The translations under genes and the position numbers were made by a program. Below the pieces are notes generated by a model. The model was given only the letters and a program-made list of their open reading frames with translations. It was not told the origin of the DNA and searched no databases. Positions 51,550-62,964 of a DNA stretch of 64,000 bases are shown one piece after another; position 1 is the first letter of the stretch; every line of letters begins with the position of its first letter. Source of the stretch: Diadema antillarum (Eukaryota); assembly GCF_040938485.1 (NCBI RefSeq), contig NW_027271040.1:3286001-3350000 (forward strand). The letters run 5' to 3'.

Positions 51550-53920
51550 TACAGAAACCACATTTTGCCTGACAGTGTGTGTTCATCTGTGTGTCTAGTA
51601 TATTTGTGTGTTAGTTTTGCGTGGTGGGGAAGGAAGTGTTGTGGGGATATGATGCTTTTTGACATGGAATAAGTGAAAAAAAAATAGGAGCACACCATTA
51701 TTTCATTGTCTGATCTGACGATGCACAGATATCATGACTATTTCAGTTTTTCAAAGGTCTCAAAACATCACACTTTTACAATTATTAGGCAGCCTGGATG
51801 GTATTTGCAGAAGTTGAATGGATTTCCATGGGTGTAGGGATATGACTGATTACACAGAAACATGAATCTAAGGCATCTTTGTATTTTTTCCCCCCTCAAA
51901 GTATAGATGTACATGAATGTGATCAAACACTGACCAACACAAAGGGCAGAGTTTGCCATATTTCATGCTAGTTGATACATGTGGCATTTATGTCCCATAT
52001 ATTTCCTGTAAATATTTGGGTGAATGTTTGTACAGTCAACCTTGCCAAGTCGAATCTATTCGGGCTGAAAAAAAAAAAAAAAAAGCTTTGACTTATGATG
52101 AGAGATCAAAAAGTCAATGGAATATAAAGAGATGAGGACTTGAAAAGACATTCGGCTTTTTTAGGCAATGATTTGACTTACTCAAGGTCGACTTAAGCAG
52201 GGTTGACTAGTGTATCATGTCTGAAAGTATGTGTGCTGGTATAGGTTCATTTGGGTTTCCCCCACCATAGATCTGCTCTTTGTACTTTCAAAATGTATAC
52301 TTGTCATACTTGGTGTTGGAGACAGGAAAGATATCTAATGAGCATGACATCAGAAACGGCATGAAGGTCTATTGACATGACTGCAGGAAATTGTGTGCCA
52401 ATGAAAGCTTGTACATTCTAAATATTGAAGCTTCCTGTAATTCATTAAAAGAAAAAAGAAAAAATGCTTTGAAACATGTGAGGTAATCATAATTCACACT
52501 TCTACACAATCCATGATCAATGTTCCTGGAAATGATGGTTTTTAAAGGTAAAATATTTGGGCTATAGAGTAATCACTATTTCAAGTACTGAATTTTGTAT
52601 ACCCCCATGACAAAGGATATTCTTGGGGGAAAAAAAAAAAAACCTTACCAAAGAATTGCCTGACACATCAAGATCATGAGGTGTTGAAATGCAATGGGTA
52701 CGTACAGGTGACTGGAATACTGTAGCCTGTTAAAAGGTTCTCAGTGGAAAAATATCCAGTCATTTGAAAAGATGAGTAAATAGTCTTGTGGAAGTAATAG
52801 TGTGATTGCAGGCAGACAGAGCCTTACCATAACATCTAACTCATCAAAATCTTTCAAAATCATGTTTGTTCACAAATATTTTATAATGGCCACAAAAGGA
52901 AGAAATACCAGCTCAGACGGGACACAATTCAATCACACTTCTCAACAATTTTCTTCATTTTTTGTAAGAAAACCAATATTTTATTCTCGCATCAGACATC
53001 ATCATACACAACATCAGTATCACTTTCTCTTTAGCAAGATCTTGGGAGATTGTGTAGGCTTATTCTATAATATCCCCAAAAGAGTTAAAATCTATAATTT
53101 GGCAAAGTACATATAAAAAATATTTACATCATCATTGAAACAAATAAAAATCTACATTATGCTATAACTACAGATATAAGCCTGGGGTATACAGGAGGGT
53201 GCCGAGCGGTGAATACAACATGCCGAGAACATGGCATTACAGGGAAGTCCTGTTATAGCAAGGTCAGACAAAACAATCTTCTTTTAACAAGGTAAAGAGG
53301 TGGGTCACAACAAACCTTTACATATAAGACTTCCGAAGGTTTTTTTTTTTTTTTTTTGATGGAGATAAATTTTGGGCCGAAAAAGAATGAAAAATAAAGA
53401 ATTTGTTGGGATGTAATAATAAGTTTGGTCCCGATCAAAAAGTGGGCAATATTACAAGCCGTGTCTAAACCAGCAAACTACTGCTGCATAATCAGTCTTC
53501 ACCTATCTGCATTATAGCTGCGTGCTTGCTGTGACTAACCCCAGTGACTAGCACCATGGTGTGCTTCACATTTACATGTACAGTGTATCTGAGCTCCACT
53601 GGCTTAGTGGATAAGGTTGTAACAAAACGCAGGTTCCATCTGCGACATTATTACTGTCAGATCTCAAACATTTTGGCAACATGCGTCGTCACGTCATATT
53701 ATGTACATGTATATCTATCATGGCGGAACACAGTCACACAGTGTACGTTCACGGGTGTATTCAAAGTGTACGGACACAATGAGAGTCCTACAGTGATATT
53801 ACAATTACAATGAAAATCAAATTACCATAAATAAGTCAGACAAGACGACCTTGAAATAACAGGAATCCCTGCAGGAGGCCACAAAAATGAAAAATGTGTA
53901 GATTAACTTCTATGCAAGAC

Positions 53921-54105
53921 TACTGTAAAAGTGGATATTTTCGCACACATAATTTTTCACGCTCATCCGCGAAAGATGAATTTCACATGTTTTTAATTGC
54001 ACGGAATCAAGACACTCATTAGTGGAACATACAACATGCAAAAATACTTGTGTTTTTATTTTCGCGCTTGTATCTGTTCGCGCGAAAATGTCCACTTTTT
54101 CAGTA
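53921..54105. mobile_element. TA-flanked MITE (47007 family)
   Basis: TACTGTAAAAGTGGATATTTTCGC ... GAAAATGTCCACTTTTTCAGTA. Confidence 0.85.
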
Positions 54106-55349
54106 TGCTGCAAGAAAAATGCAAAAATAAAGCAAATGTCAATGTTAAAGTGCTTAGCACCTATGCAAAACATACACCTGTAGCTGTACAACTGACAAAT
54201 CCACCAACAAAACGCAACAAAGCCATCAATCAGCGAGTACATAATGAAACCATGTCATGGTTACAGTATCATGGATATTTGTCACAAAGAGCTGTGACAG
54301 ACACAATTTACCTCTTATTGTCTTGAAGAAAATGAGAACAATTTCTACTATCATCTACCATATGATTAGTTCCAAGACATGATTCACACAACTGAAAAGA
54401 TCACACAATGGATGTTGATGCCATATGAGAACTTCACAATTAACATTATTTATAATAAAACGCAATAATACTTTGCAGGAAACAGATTTTGTAAATACAA
54501 TGTATCTAGTTGCATTTCTATTCAAACAACAAGCAGATCATCAGAATAACAGGTAATGTGACGAGAGAGCCTCTAAGCACCTAGACTTTGAAGGAATTTC
54601 AGATTTTTAATACAACACTCTATACATCCATATGACCAGCTGTTTTAAGAGATTCATGATAAATTGAATAAATCTAGGTATCAAAATTTAATCAGTATTC
54701 ATGCAGACTCAAATGTCATTGGAGTGTTGTGTCATTAATACTTTTGCAAATAGATACACATTATGTACAAGGTAGTCATACAAATCAGAAGTTATTCACA
54801 AAATATTATACAAACAGGCTTGAACACTTGGACAAAAGAAACATATCTCAAGCAGGTGACAATAACACATTTTTTTTGCTCTCCTTTCAAAGAAAAAAAA
54901 CCAACAAATAACATGCAAGACCTTCAAGGATCCGTGATGCACAGAAAACGATTTACACTAGCACAGGGAGGTTTGCACATGAATGCACCATTCCTGTTAT
55001 TAATGCTTGCATGTATTTGCACTGAAAAAAAACCCACATGAATCCAATCTGCATCGAAAAACTTGTGCTGATATTGCAAAACTACAACATTTTTGTGTGT
55101 AAGAAACTCTCACAAATTCTGTGAGGGGCCAATATTCCCAAAATCAAAGTGCACACGAAAAATTTTGTCTGCACTGAGCCCCGGTGGTAATTCACAAAAG
55201 TTTCATGCCGCGAAATTCGGCTCCAATTCGCAAAAGTTTCATGCTGCAAACGTTCTTGGTTTTACAGCAAAGATACGCTACAAATCTAAACCATACAAAC
55301 CTTTTAAAAAAAAACCTTATAAATAGATACCCAAAAAAATACAGTGCCC

Positions 55350-55552
55350 TACTGTAAATGTGGAAATTTTCACGGTGTTGAAATTTTCGTGCAACCATAA
55401 GCTTGCGCGAAAATAAAAGCACGTCAATATTTTTGCGTGCCATATGTTCCAGTAGTTGATGTCTTGGTTCCGCGGAATTAAAAACACGCAAAACTCTTCT
55501 TACCCGTCCAAGCACGAAAATCAGTTGCGCAAAAATATCCACTTTTACAGTA
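55350..55552. mobile_element. TA-flanked MITE (47007 family, opposite orientation)
   Basis: TACTGTAAATGTGGAAATTTTC ... AAAAATATCCACTTTTACAGTA. The internal TTGATGTCTTGGTTCCGCGGAATTAAAAAC is approximately the reverse complement of the 47007 interior. Confidence 0.85.
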
Positions 55553-56389
55553 TCTACATTACATTCATACACGAGAGGATGAAATATTATGTCTTTACAA
55601 ACCAACATTGCTGGGGGGAAAAAATTACTATCAGCGTTTGCATTCTGCAAGTAGGAAATAATGATGTCGTTAACTAGCATGTTGCCCCTTTTGTCATCTC
55701 TTACAAATGGTGAGTAAAACAAATGCTTTCCAGAAACTCTCAATGAGTCTGCTACAAAGACCTTATATATCTATACTTTCTTGGTGAAAAAACACAAATA
55801 ATAAATTCAATGCTAAATATACCACGTGTGGATTAAAATAATCATATTCTTCTTTCCTATTTCCTAATGCTGCCATTTTAAACATTTATGCGAGTCTCTC
55901 AACATATCTCATATCGAATTCTGATTATTGTTGGTTATTCGCTCCTATGTGTACATACTTGGCTATATCTTTAAATCCCAAGTTACCAGTTGACACCATA
56001 GTTCATAGAGCTCAACACACAAACATACACTAGTTCACAGAGCTCAATACACAAACATACACACACACTATTAAAGAGAAAAACATATTTCATTTTCATC
56101 CACATCTAATGTTCACAAGGCACTGATGACATCAGGTATTCACAACTGATTAGCAAAGAACCCTGCAGAATGTCTCAGCAGAGGGAGTGTCTGTTATACA
56201 TCATGCCTGAGGTCCTGTAATTCTACAATTCTGTAATACATGGAAACACCACTGTAACAAGCTCACTCACAAGGTCCCGCTTGTAACAAGGTGAATTCTG
56301 CGGTCCTGGTTTTCCACTACTGCACTACTGTGTTCAGCTGGTCTCTTCTATAGTACATTAATAATGACATACCAGTTATGACTTTAAAA

Positions 56390-56730
56390 TAGGGAGATTC
56401 AGATTTGTGAAGCGGATATTAAGAGAGGAATACAAAAGACCCTGTTCTGCACATGCGCAAGACTGCTTTCAATATCAGAATCGATCTCGCCTCATGTGCG
56501 TTTTCACAACTGTTCTTAGCAATTTTAGTGTCCGCTCAGATTAATGACACAGACAATATTACTTGATGCCATATAAAGGACAAAAGACACATGGGGGCGC
56601 TATTTTTCACTTTGCAACGGCTGCGTCTTCGCAAAAATCTAAAGCTACTCTGTAACATGATGCAAGGAGAGAGGAGAACGGTAAACGCAAAGTCGTCTTA
56701 ACATTGGTGTCACAAATCTAAAGCTCCCTA
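56390..56730. mobile_element. ~340-bp TIR element, superfamily unassigned
   Basis: TAGGGAGATTCAGATTTGTGA ... TCACAAATCTAAAGCTCCCTA (19/21 TIR match); no clean TSD seen. Confidence 0.7.
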
Positions 56731-57486
56731 CTGGCAGTCCCAGTGACATCAATACAATAGGGTTTCCCTTCATACATGTATAATCAATTCTATATATTGA
56801 AGTCAAATCTATGAATGGACAATATGCTTCAAATGAAGAAATATTTGACTTTAATACATGATTGATGTAACTGGCACATATTCCTGACAGTTTGGTCTGA
56901 GTATTTGACTGCTACTGTGTCAGAAATAAATCCTGTGCAACTTTTACTTGTGCACAGTTGACTAACCTACAAATATTTGAATGAAACTTGGCATGTACAA
57001 TGTATGAGTGGGCAAAGTTGTGTGTATCAACTTTTGGGCACACATGCTCAAGGTCAAGAGGTCAAGGTCAAATGCACAAAATTTCACTATGTCCCCCATA
57101 TCTATGCAATGCCAGAAGGTACTTTCTTGAAACTCTGCTATGTCAGGAAATGTTTCCGCACACACACGCCCTTTCAAATTCATGCTCTCACACCCGCCTT
57201 TGTTCTTGTGTTTGCACAGGCGTGACGTCCCTTTTGTTGAAAATGCAAGCAATTGCTTGTGCAGGACAAGCAAAAGGTTATGCATATGGAGGCAATTGCT
57301 CGAGCTAGACCTTTTGCTAGACTAGCTTGTGCTTTTGCTTGAAGCAATTGCTTACAAGCAATTGCTAGTTTTATGTATTCGGCCCAAGGATAGCGAACAT
57401 TCAACACTGTTTGTGACAAACCTGTCATTTTAATATTTTGCTAATTATGTGAAAGTCCTATCACACATTGTCAAGACATTGTACTA

Positions 57487-58790
57487 CAGGAGAATCCTGT
57501 TCTAACGAGATCATTCCAGCCAATTTTTCTCGTTATATCCGGATTCTCGTCGTATCCGAACAATTGATAGACATCCTTAAGTCTGCGCACGGCAGCTCTG
57601 GAGGATGTGGAAGAAGCACTTCTGACTTGGTTCCGTGATGTTCGCGCCAAAAACCTGCCTGTGAGCGGACCACTGCTAAAGGAGAAAGCGGAAAACTTTG
57701 CCCGGCAAATGGGCCATGATGGCTTCAATACTTCAACTGGCTGGTTAAATCATTTCAATGAGAGAAACGGTATTCGTCAACTACGGGTATGTGGAGAGAG
57801 TGCTGGAGTTGATGCTGAGACTGTTGATACGTGGCAAACCAAGACATTGCCTGCAATCATGAAAGATTACACACCGGAGAACATTTTTAACGCTGACGAG
57901 ACTGGTCTTTTCCATCGAATGACTCCGGATAGGACTCTGGCTTTTTGACGGGGAGGAGTGCTACGGCGTGAAGCAGGCCAAAGATCGACTCACAGTGATG
58001 TTGTGTTCGAACATGATGGGGACGGAGTAAAATCAGGCCACTTGTCATCAGTAAAGCGAAAACACTAAGATCACTGAAAAATGTGCGTGCTCTTTCGGTA
58101 GATTACATCGCCAACAAGAAGGTGTTGATGATATCAGATAAATTTGAGGCAGCTGGACAGGAAGTTCTTGGCCCAAAAAAGACGAGTTCTCCTGTTTGTC
58201 AACAACTGCTCCGCTCACCCCAACATCACCGGCCTGCAGTCCATCATTCTTCAATTCCTCCCTCCAAACACGACGTCACACCTGCAGCCGATGGACCAGG
58301 GGGTCATTCAGAGCTTTAAGACCCATCATATACAACTAATGAAAGCCTGCTAGGTAAGTATCAAGTGGGCGAAACCCCATCACTTGTAACCGTCAAAGAA
58401 GCCATCAAAGCAATCCACTCTTCATGGGAGCAGATCAGTGCAGCATGCATTGCTCATTGTTTTGAGAAAGCCGGATTTCAGCCTCAAGAGGAAGCATTCA
58501 AGCCGAACCTATTGATGTCCCTGATGGCCCATCATCTCCGCCCAAAAACATCTGGGAAAGAATGGGACACCATAACATTCCTGCAACATCCAACGACCAG
58601 GCCAGCGACAGTGACGACAGCATCTGGAGTCACATCAGCTGCCATCTCAATCTCCATGACATCTCTTTCTGCCAGTACACCACAGCAGTCTTCCATGCAG
58701 ACATGCACCAACCAAAGTTTTTGGTTTTTTATATGTTGGGCTTCCATATTATGTTTGATGTATCAATCATATGTATTTTAGATGGGTGCC
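57487..58790 (+). mobile_element. Decayed pogo/Tigger (CENP-B HTH + DDD) transposon, internally deleted
   Basis: The TA|CAGGAGAATCCTGTTCTAACGAG terminus joins almost directly to LEDVEEALLTWF...P.SGPLLKEKA..FA...F..STGWL.HF..R (CENP-B HTH). Then come ENIFNADETGLF, KDRLTVMLCSN, VLLFVNNCSAH (second Asp changed to Asn), FLPPNTTSHLQPMDQGVI and W..IS...IAHCFEKAGF, split by stops and frameshifts. The right boundary is approximate. Confidence 0.93.
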
Positions 58791-59068
58791 ATCATATGCG
58801 AGATATAAGAGATCCATAGGCCTACAGCTATAGGTGTGAGGTTCTGTTGATAGATTATAAATCTAGGGAGACAAAAGTTGGACAAAAGGGTCAGGTCAAT
58901 GTCCAGTAGACTTCCCATTAGTTTTCCAAACAACTTCACAAATATAAATTATCAAATGCTGCATGCCACAGCTGCATGCATTCTGTGATTTTTACCAATT
59001 GATATGATGATTGATTGGAGAAAAATAATTATTTCCTTCAATTTTTTCCTGCTCTCATTTAATTTCAG

Positions 59069-61775
59069 ACCCAAGATGGTGAGGCTGAAAAGCATGTCTC
59101 TTCTGAAGCAAATCGTGTAGAGTATGCGGCAAAGCCAACCTCAAGCAGAGTCTCAACTTAGCATCATATCAAGGTCTTCTGCAAGAGACTGTCAGTATAA
59201 TATGCATTGACCATGATGTAGATGGCATACATGGGAAGAAAGCCTGTAACAAGTGCCGCCACAATTTGTTGAAAAGGAACGAAGACCCAAGCCATCACAT
59301 TGAACTATTTACATTCAAACCACATGACACAGACTGTCAATTGTGTTCTACGAAGAAAAGGTAGACCAAAGAAGAGTACTGCTGCAAGGATAGTTCTGGA
59401 GTAGAATGACATAAGACTGATATCCCTTTATCTACAGCTGCTCATGTCAGAAATCTAACTGCAGAAATTTTCATCAGATCTGTGTAAACCTTCTGTTATT
59501 GATTCACCTACTACAACAAGCACAGCACCACTAGAAATTGAAGAGCAAGCTTTTCCAGCTGAAAAATACGCACCAAAGAGATTTGTTCATAATCACTTGG
59601 CAGATATTTTATCGTGTGTAATTTGTAATTGTATTACAAAAGGCCCACTTACTGGACAATGTGAACACATCTATTGTAGAGATTGTTACAACCAGTGGTT
59701 TTCAAATAGTAGTGTCTGTGCTAAATGTAAGTTTATTGTAGTAGAAGGTGAATTTTCAGGAAAGTCAGGGTTGGTTTAATGATATTTTCTCTTCTTTGAA
59801 AGTACAGTGTAGCTATCATGTGAATAGTTGTTCTTATACATGTAAACTGGCCGAGTTCAAACAGCATGAAGTAGCTTGAAGTAGAAAGTCAGAACCTCCT
59901 GTCAAAAAAAGCATGTAATAAAAGTGCATCTCGATCAGGTTAGAAGTCCAAAACCCCTCTAATTGACGCAAGGAAAGATTACGTAAAGACTAAGAGGTTA
60001 GCCCCAGTTTTATCTCAGATAGATCGTTTTTGTAATAGAACATTAGAAGACAAGACCTACATCCTGTTTTTGAATTTTAATTAATCATCTGAAGTGCAAG
60101 AAAGATGCTAGGTGGAAGCAAGTAGATAACGTATGCAGAATAGGTTAGGTTCACTTACACTAGTGGAGTGCCTTGCACTTAGTTTCTTCATTGCAAAGTG
60201 AACAGCAATACAGGAAACATGATTCATTCTTAAAACAAAAATCTGGAGAAGAGGTGCTGAAGCCAGTGGGGGTTCTCGATAGCATTGAAAAAACTTTCAT
60301 GCCTGGCTCTGCCAGGTATGAAATAGAGGGTCAAGCACCCACTGACACTTCCTTCCATCATACCCAAATAAAGACAGTAACAGGCTCAGCTGTTGTTGGA
60401 GAGAGCTTGTATGAACCCATATAGGTTCAAGTTTGATCACAGGCAATACCCAGAGATAAAACGTCCTGAATGTACCAGTTAGGTGGCCATATCCAAGTGC
60501 TTTAGCGAAAACTCTAAAGGAGTTAGATCCTCAAATTCAGGATGGTTTAAGGAAAGAGGGGATTGATCCTCATGATGAAAATGAAGAATTCACAGTCCTA
60601 ATAAAAGATGGTTCAGATGGGATGGCAGATGTGTCAGTGTACAAGGTAAAAAATGACACTTTTCTCCTGGACAAGGCATTTCACCCGAGTTTTGCTATTC
60701 TTCGCATCAAGGCTATCCACCAAGTACAATGTAGGAGGCAATATTATGGTATTTGAAGAAGGAAAGCCTAACTCTGTTCAATGCAAAGGGCCATTGCTGG
60801 AAGGATTCAGTGACGATAATGATATATTGACGGCTAATCTGTTGCAGATTCCTATCGAGGAAAAGAGGGAGTTTCTTAAGGGAAAGGTTATGAAAGTGTG
60901 GTGCACGGATCTGTGGAGACGTTTCCACTCTTGATTTTTCAATTCCATGACTGATGAGTAGCTCGACAGAGCTGAAGGCGGACTTGCTGGCAGTGGTTCC
61001 AGGTACCTGTGCATTTTGTGCACTGCTACTCAGGAAAGTGGTAAGTCCAGACTGGGTTCTTTTTAAGTTAATCAAACCTATATCGCATGACTTCAGCGAT
61101 TGCTGATTACATTCAAGTAAATCCAGATAAGCTGTCAGAAGCTGAATTGGACAGTCTCTCACTTGGTGTGAAACAGCGTCCCTTATTGAAGTCCGATGCT
61201 GAGGCAATACTTCTAGATGCTACTCAATCCAACATTAATCTTGGCATTTTCTTCAAAAAAAATCATCGTGAGAAAAATTGCAGGAGTGCGAAGTGGGAGC
61301 TGACATAAGACATCAAAGGACTAGTGGAGCATGCTGAACATAAATTTGATGCTCACATAAGAAAGCATGTTGGATCAGTTCCCCAGCTTGTGATGCCTGG
61401 GAACTACTCCAGACAGTTGTGTTCTGAGAAGAATGCACAAGTCATCCTCTCACGTATTCCCAATGAGGAAAGGCAGAAGCGTTTGGATGCTGTTATGGAG
61501 AAGTTCTGTTTGTTACGTTCAGTGTATAGTGCAAATACGCCACGTGTTACACATGTCAATGAACTCCACCAGTTTGAGGATGTCGCTGTGGAAATGGGTA
61601 GAGAATTGATCTCTCACTTTGATTATGTCACATGGCCCAATTACTTCCATAAGGTCACAGAGCACCCTCAGGAAATAATTGAGAATGAGGATGGACCTGG
61701 TTCAGTTGGAGCCATTAGCGGAGAAGGCAATTAAGCCAAGAACAAGCTCTTTTACAACACCTAAAAAGAATGTAG
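59069..61775 (+). pseudogene. RAG1L: RAG1-like (RAGL/ProtoRAG-type) recombinase/transposase pseudogene
   Basis: Colinear RAG1 motifs across frameshifts: CRVCG...DGIHGKKACNKC (59116-59256), FKPHD.DCQLC..GRPKK, C3HC4 RING CVIC...CEHIYCRDC...CAKC (59615-59728), SLKVQC...C...H..., ECLAL...QQY, GSDGMADVS (D600-equivalent 60616-60618), VFEEGKPNS, MTDE (D708-equivalent 60953-60955), EGGLAGSGSRYLCILC, MPGNYSR, WPNYFHKVTEH, SVGAISGEGN*AKNKLF. More than ten stops and frameshifts. Confidence 0.95.
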
Positions 61776-62009
61776 CTATCCAATTGGTCAATTGCCCATC
61801 ACATGACAATTAGTTAAAAGTTCCATCGCATGCTGTGGGTGTCAGCCATGCAATTTTGTTGGAGCAAAATTGGATAGCGCATGGTTGACGTCACCCATTT
61901 CTACCGAGTCACGATGTTAAACTCAAGATTCACAGAAAACGGTTGCCATTTCTGTGCTAAATTCAAGAATCTCTGTGGACCACATCTGTTGACTTTGGAG
62001 ACGTTGTAT

Positions 62010-62964
62010 AGAACAAATAGTGTATGGGCTTTACTCATATTAGCATATTAGCCTGGCCTTTGACCTTTGACCTTAAAATTCCCAAGAGAATTGCTGTCAG
62101 GAAGAACACGCATAAATATGTACCAAGTTTCATGATACATTGAGTAACTTTCAAGATATGGAGGATAAAAGTGAATATAGCACTTTCACTTGACCTTTGA
62201 CGTATCAGCAGGAAGTTTCCAAGAGAATCTCCATTGGGCAATATATGTATATATTAGGTTTCAAGAAAAATCCTGCAAGCACTGCAAAAATATGATGTAA
62301 ACAGTACAATTTTGAGTTGACCTTGACCTTTGACCCCTAAATTCCCTAGATAATCCCTGCCATTCAGTACATGCATATGTACCAAGTTCCATGAAGATAC
62401 CTTGAACCATTTGCAAGATATGGAAAGAAGTGCAATTTTAACATTTTCTCCTGACATTTCACCTCTTGACCTTTGACCTCAGGACTTGAAACGCTCTCTG
62501 GAGAATCTTTATTCAGTATTACATGTCTACACTGAGTTTCAAGAAAATACCTTGAGGCACTGCACAGATATGGGGGAATAGCATAATTCTTAGCATCTGA
62601 CCTTGACCTTTTGACCTTTGACCTATTGCCAATTTCACTTAAACACTACCTACTTAACTGCCCCTTCGTACGTCATCCTGGCATGAGGTTTGGTGAAAAA
62701 TGCTTCCTCCAGTCTTGAGTTATCGCGTAAACAGATAGATTTTAGGGTTTGACCATAATCTTTGACCTTTGTCCTCTGGATGACTTCACCCAAAATCTAA
62801 TCAAGTAATTGCCCCATCATACTTTATACTTGGACCAAGTTTAGTAAAATTCCACTGAATATTACTCAAGTTATTGCGTAAACAAATGGGAACGGGCGTA
62901 TGGACATACGTACGGACAACCCGAAAACATAACGCCTCCAGCACCCTTCGGGCGGAGGCATAAA
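62010..62964 (+). mobile_element. pearl/DINE-1/HINE-like non-autonomous element with tandem core repeats
   Basis: Repeated TGACCTTTGACC cores (about 62060, 62190, 62320, 62467, 62598, 62762) with TACCAAGTTT/CCATGA motifs; an ACGG-type simple repeat; 3' stem-loop GCCTCC-AGCACCCTTCGGGC-GGAGGC followed by ATAAA. A reverse-oriented fragment lies at about 56960-57100. The left boundary is approximate. Confidence 0.75.

Noticed and set aside
53595-53645. tRNA/SINE-like A-box TGGCTTAGTGG with a weak B-box-like GGTTCCATC
   Set aside because: No cloverleaf and no second copy in the window; too short to support.
55192-55743. 183-aa ORF
   Set aside because: It runs through two MITE copies; no domain.
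58800-59068. RAGL left TIR (CAC-starting heptamer-like end) upstream of RAG1L
   Set aside because: CACAGCT near 58967 has no matching inverted partner or 5-bp TSD downstream.
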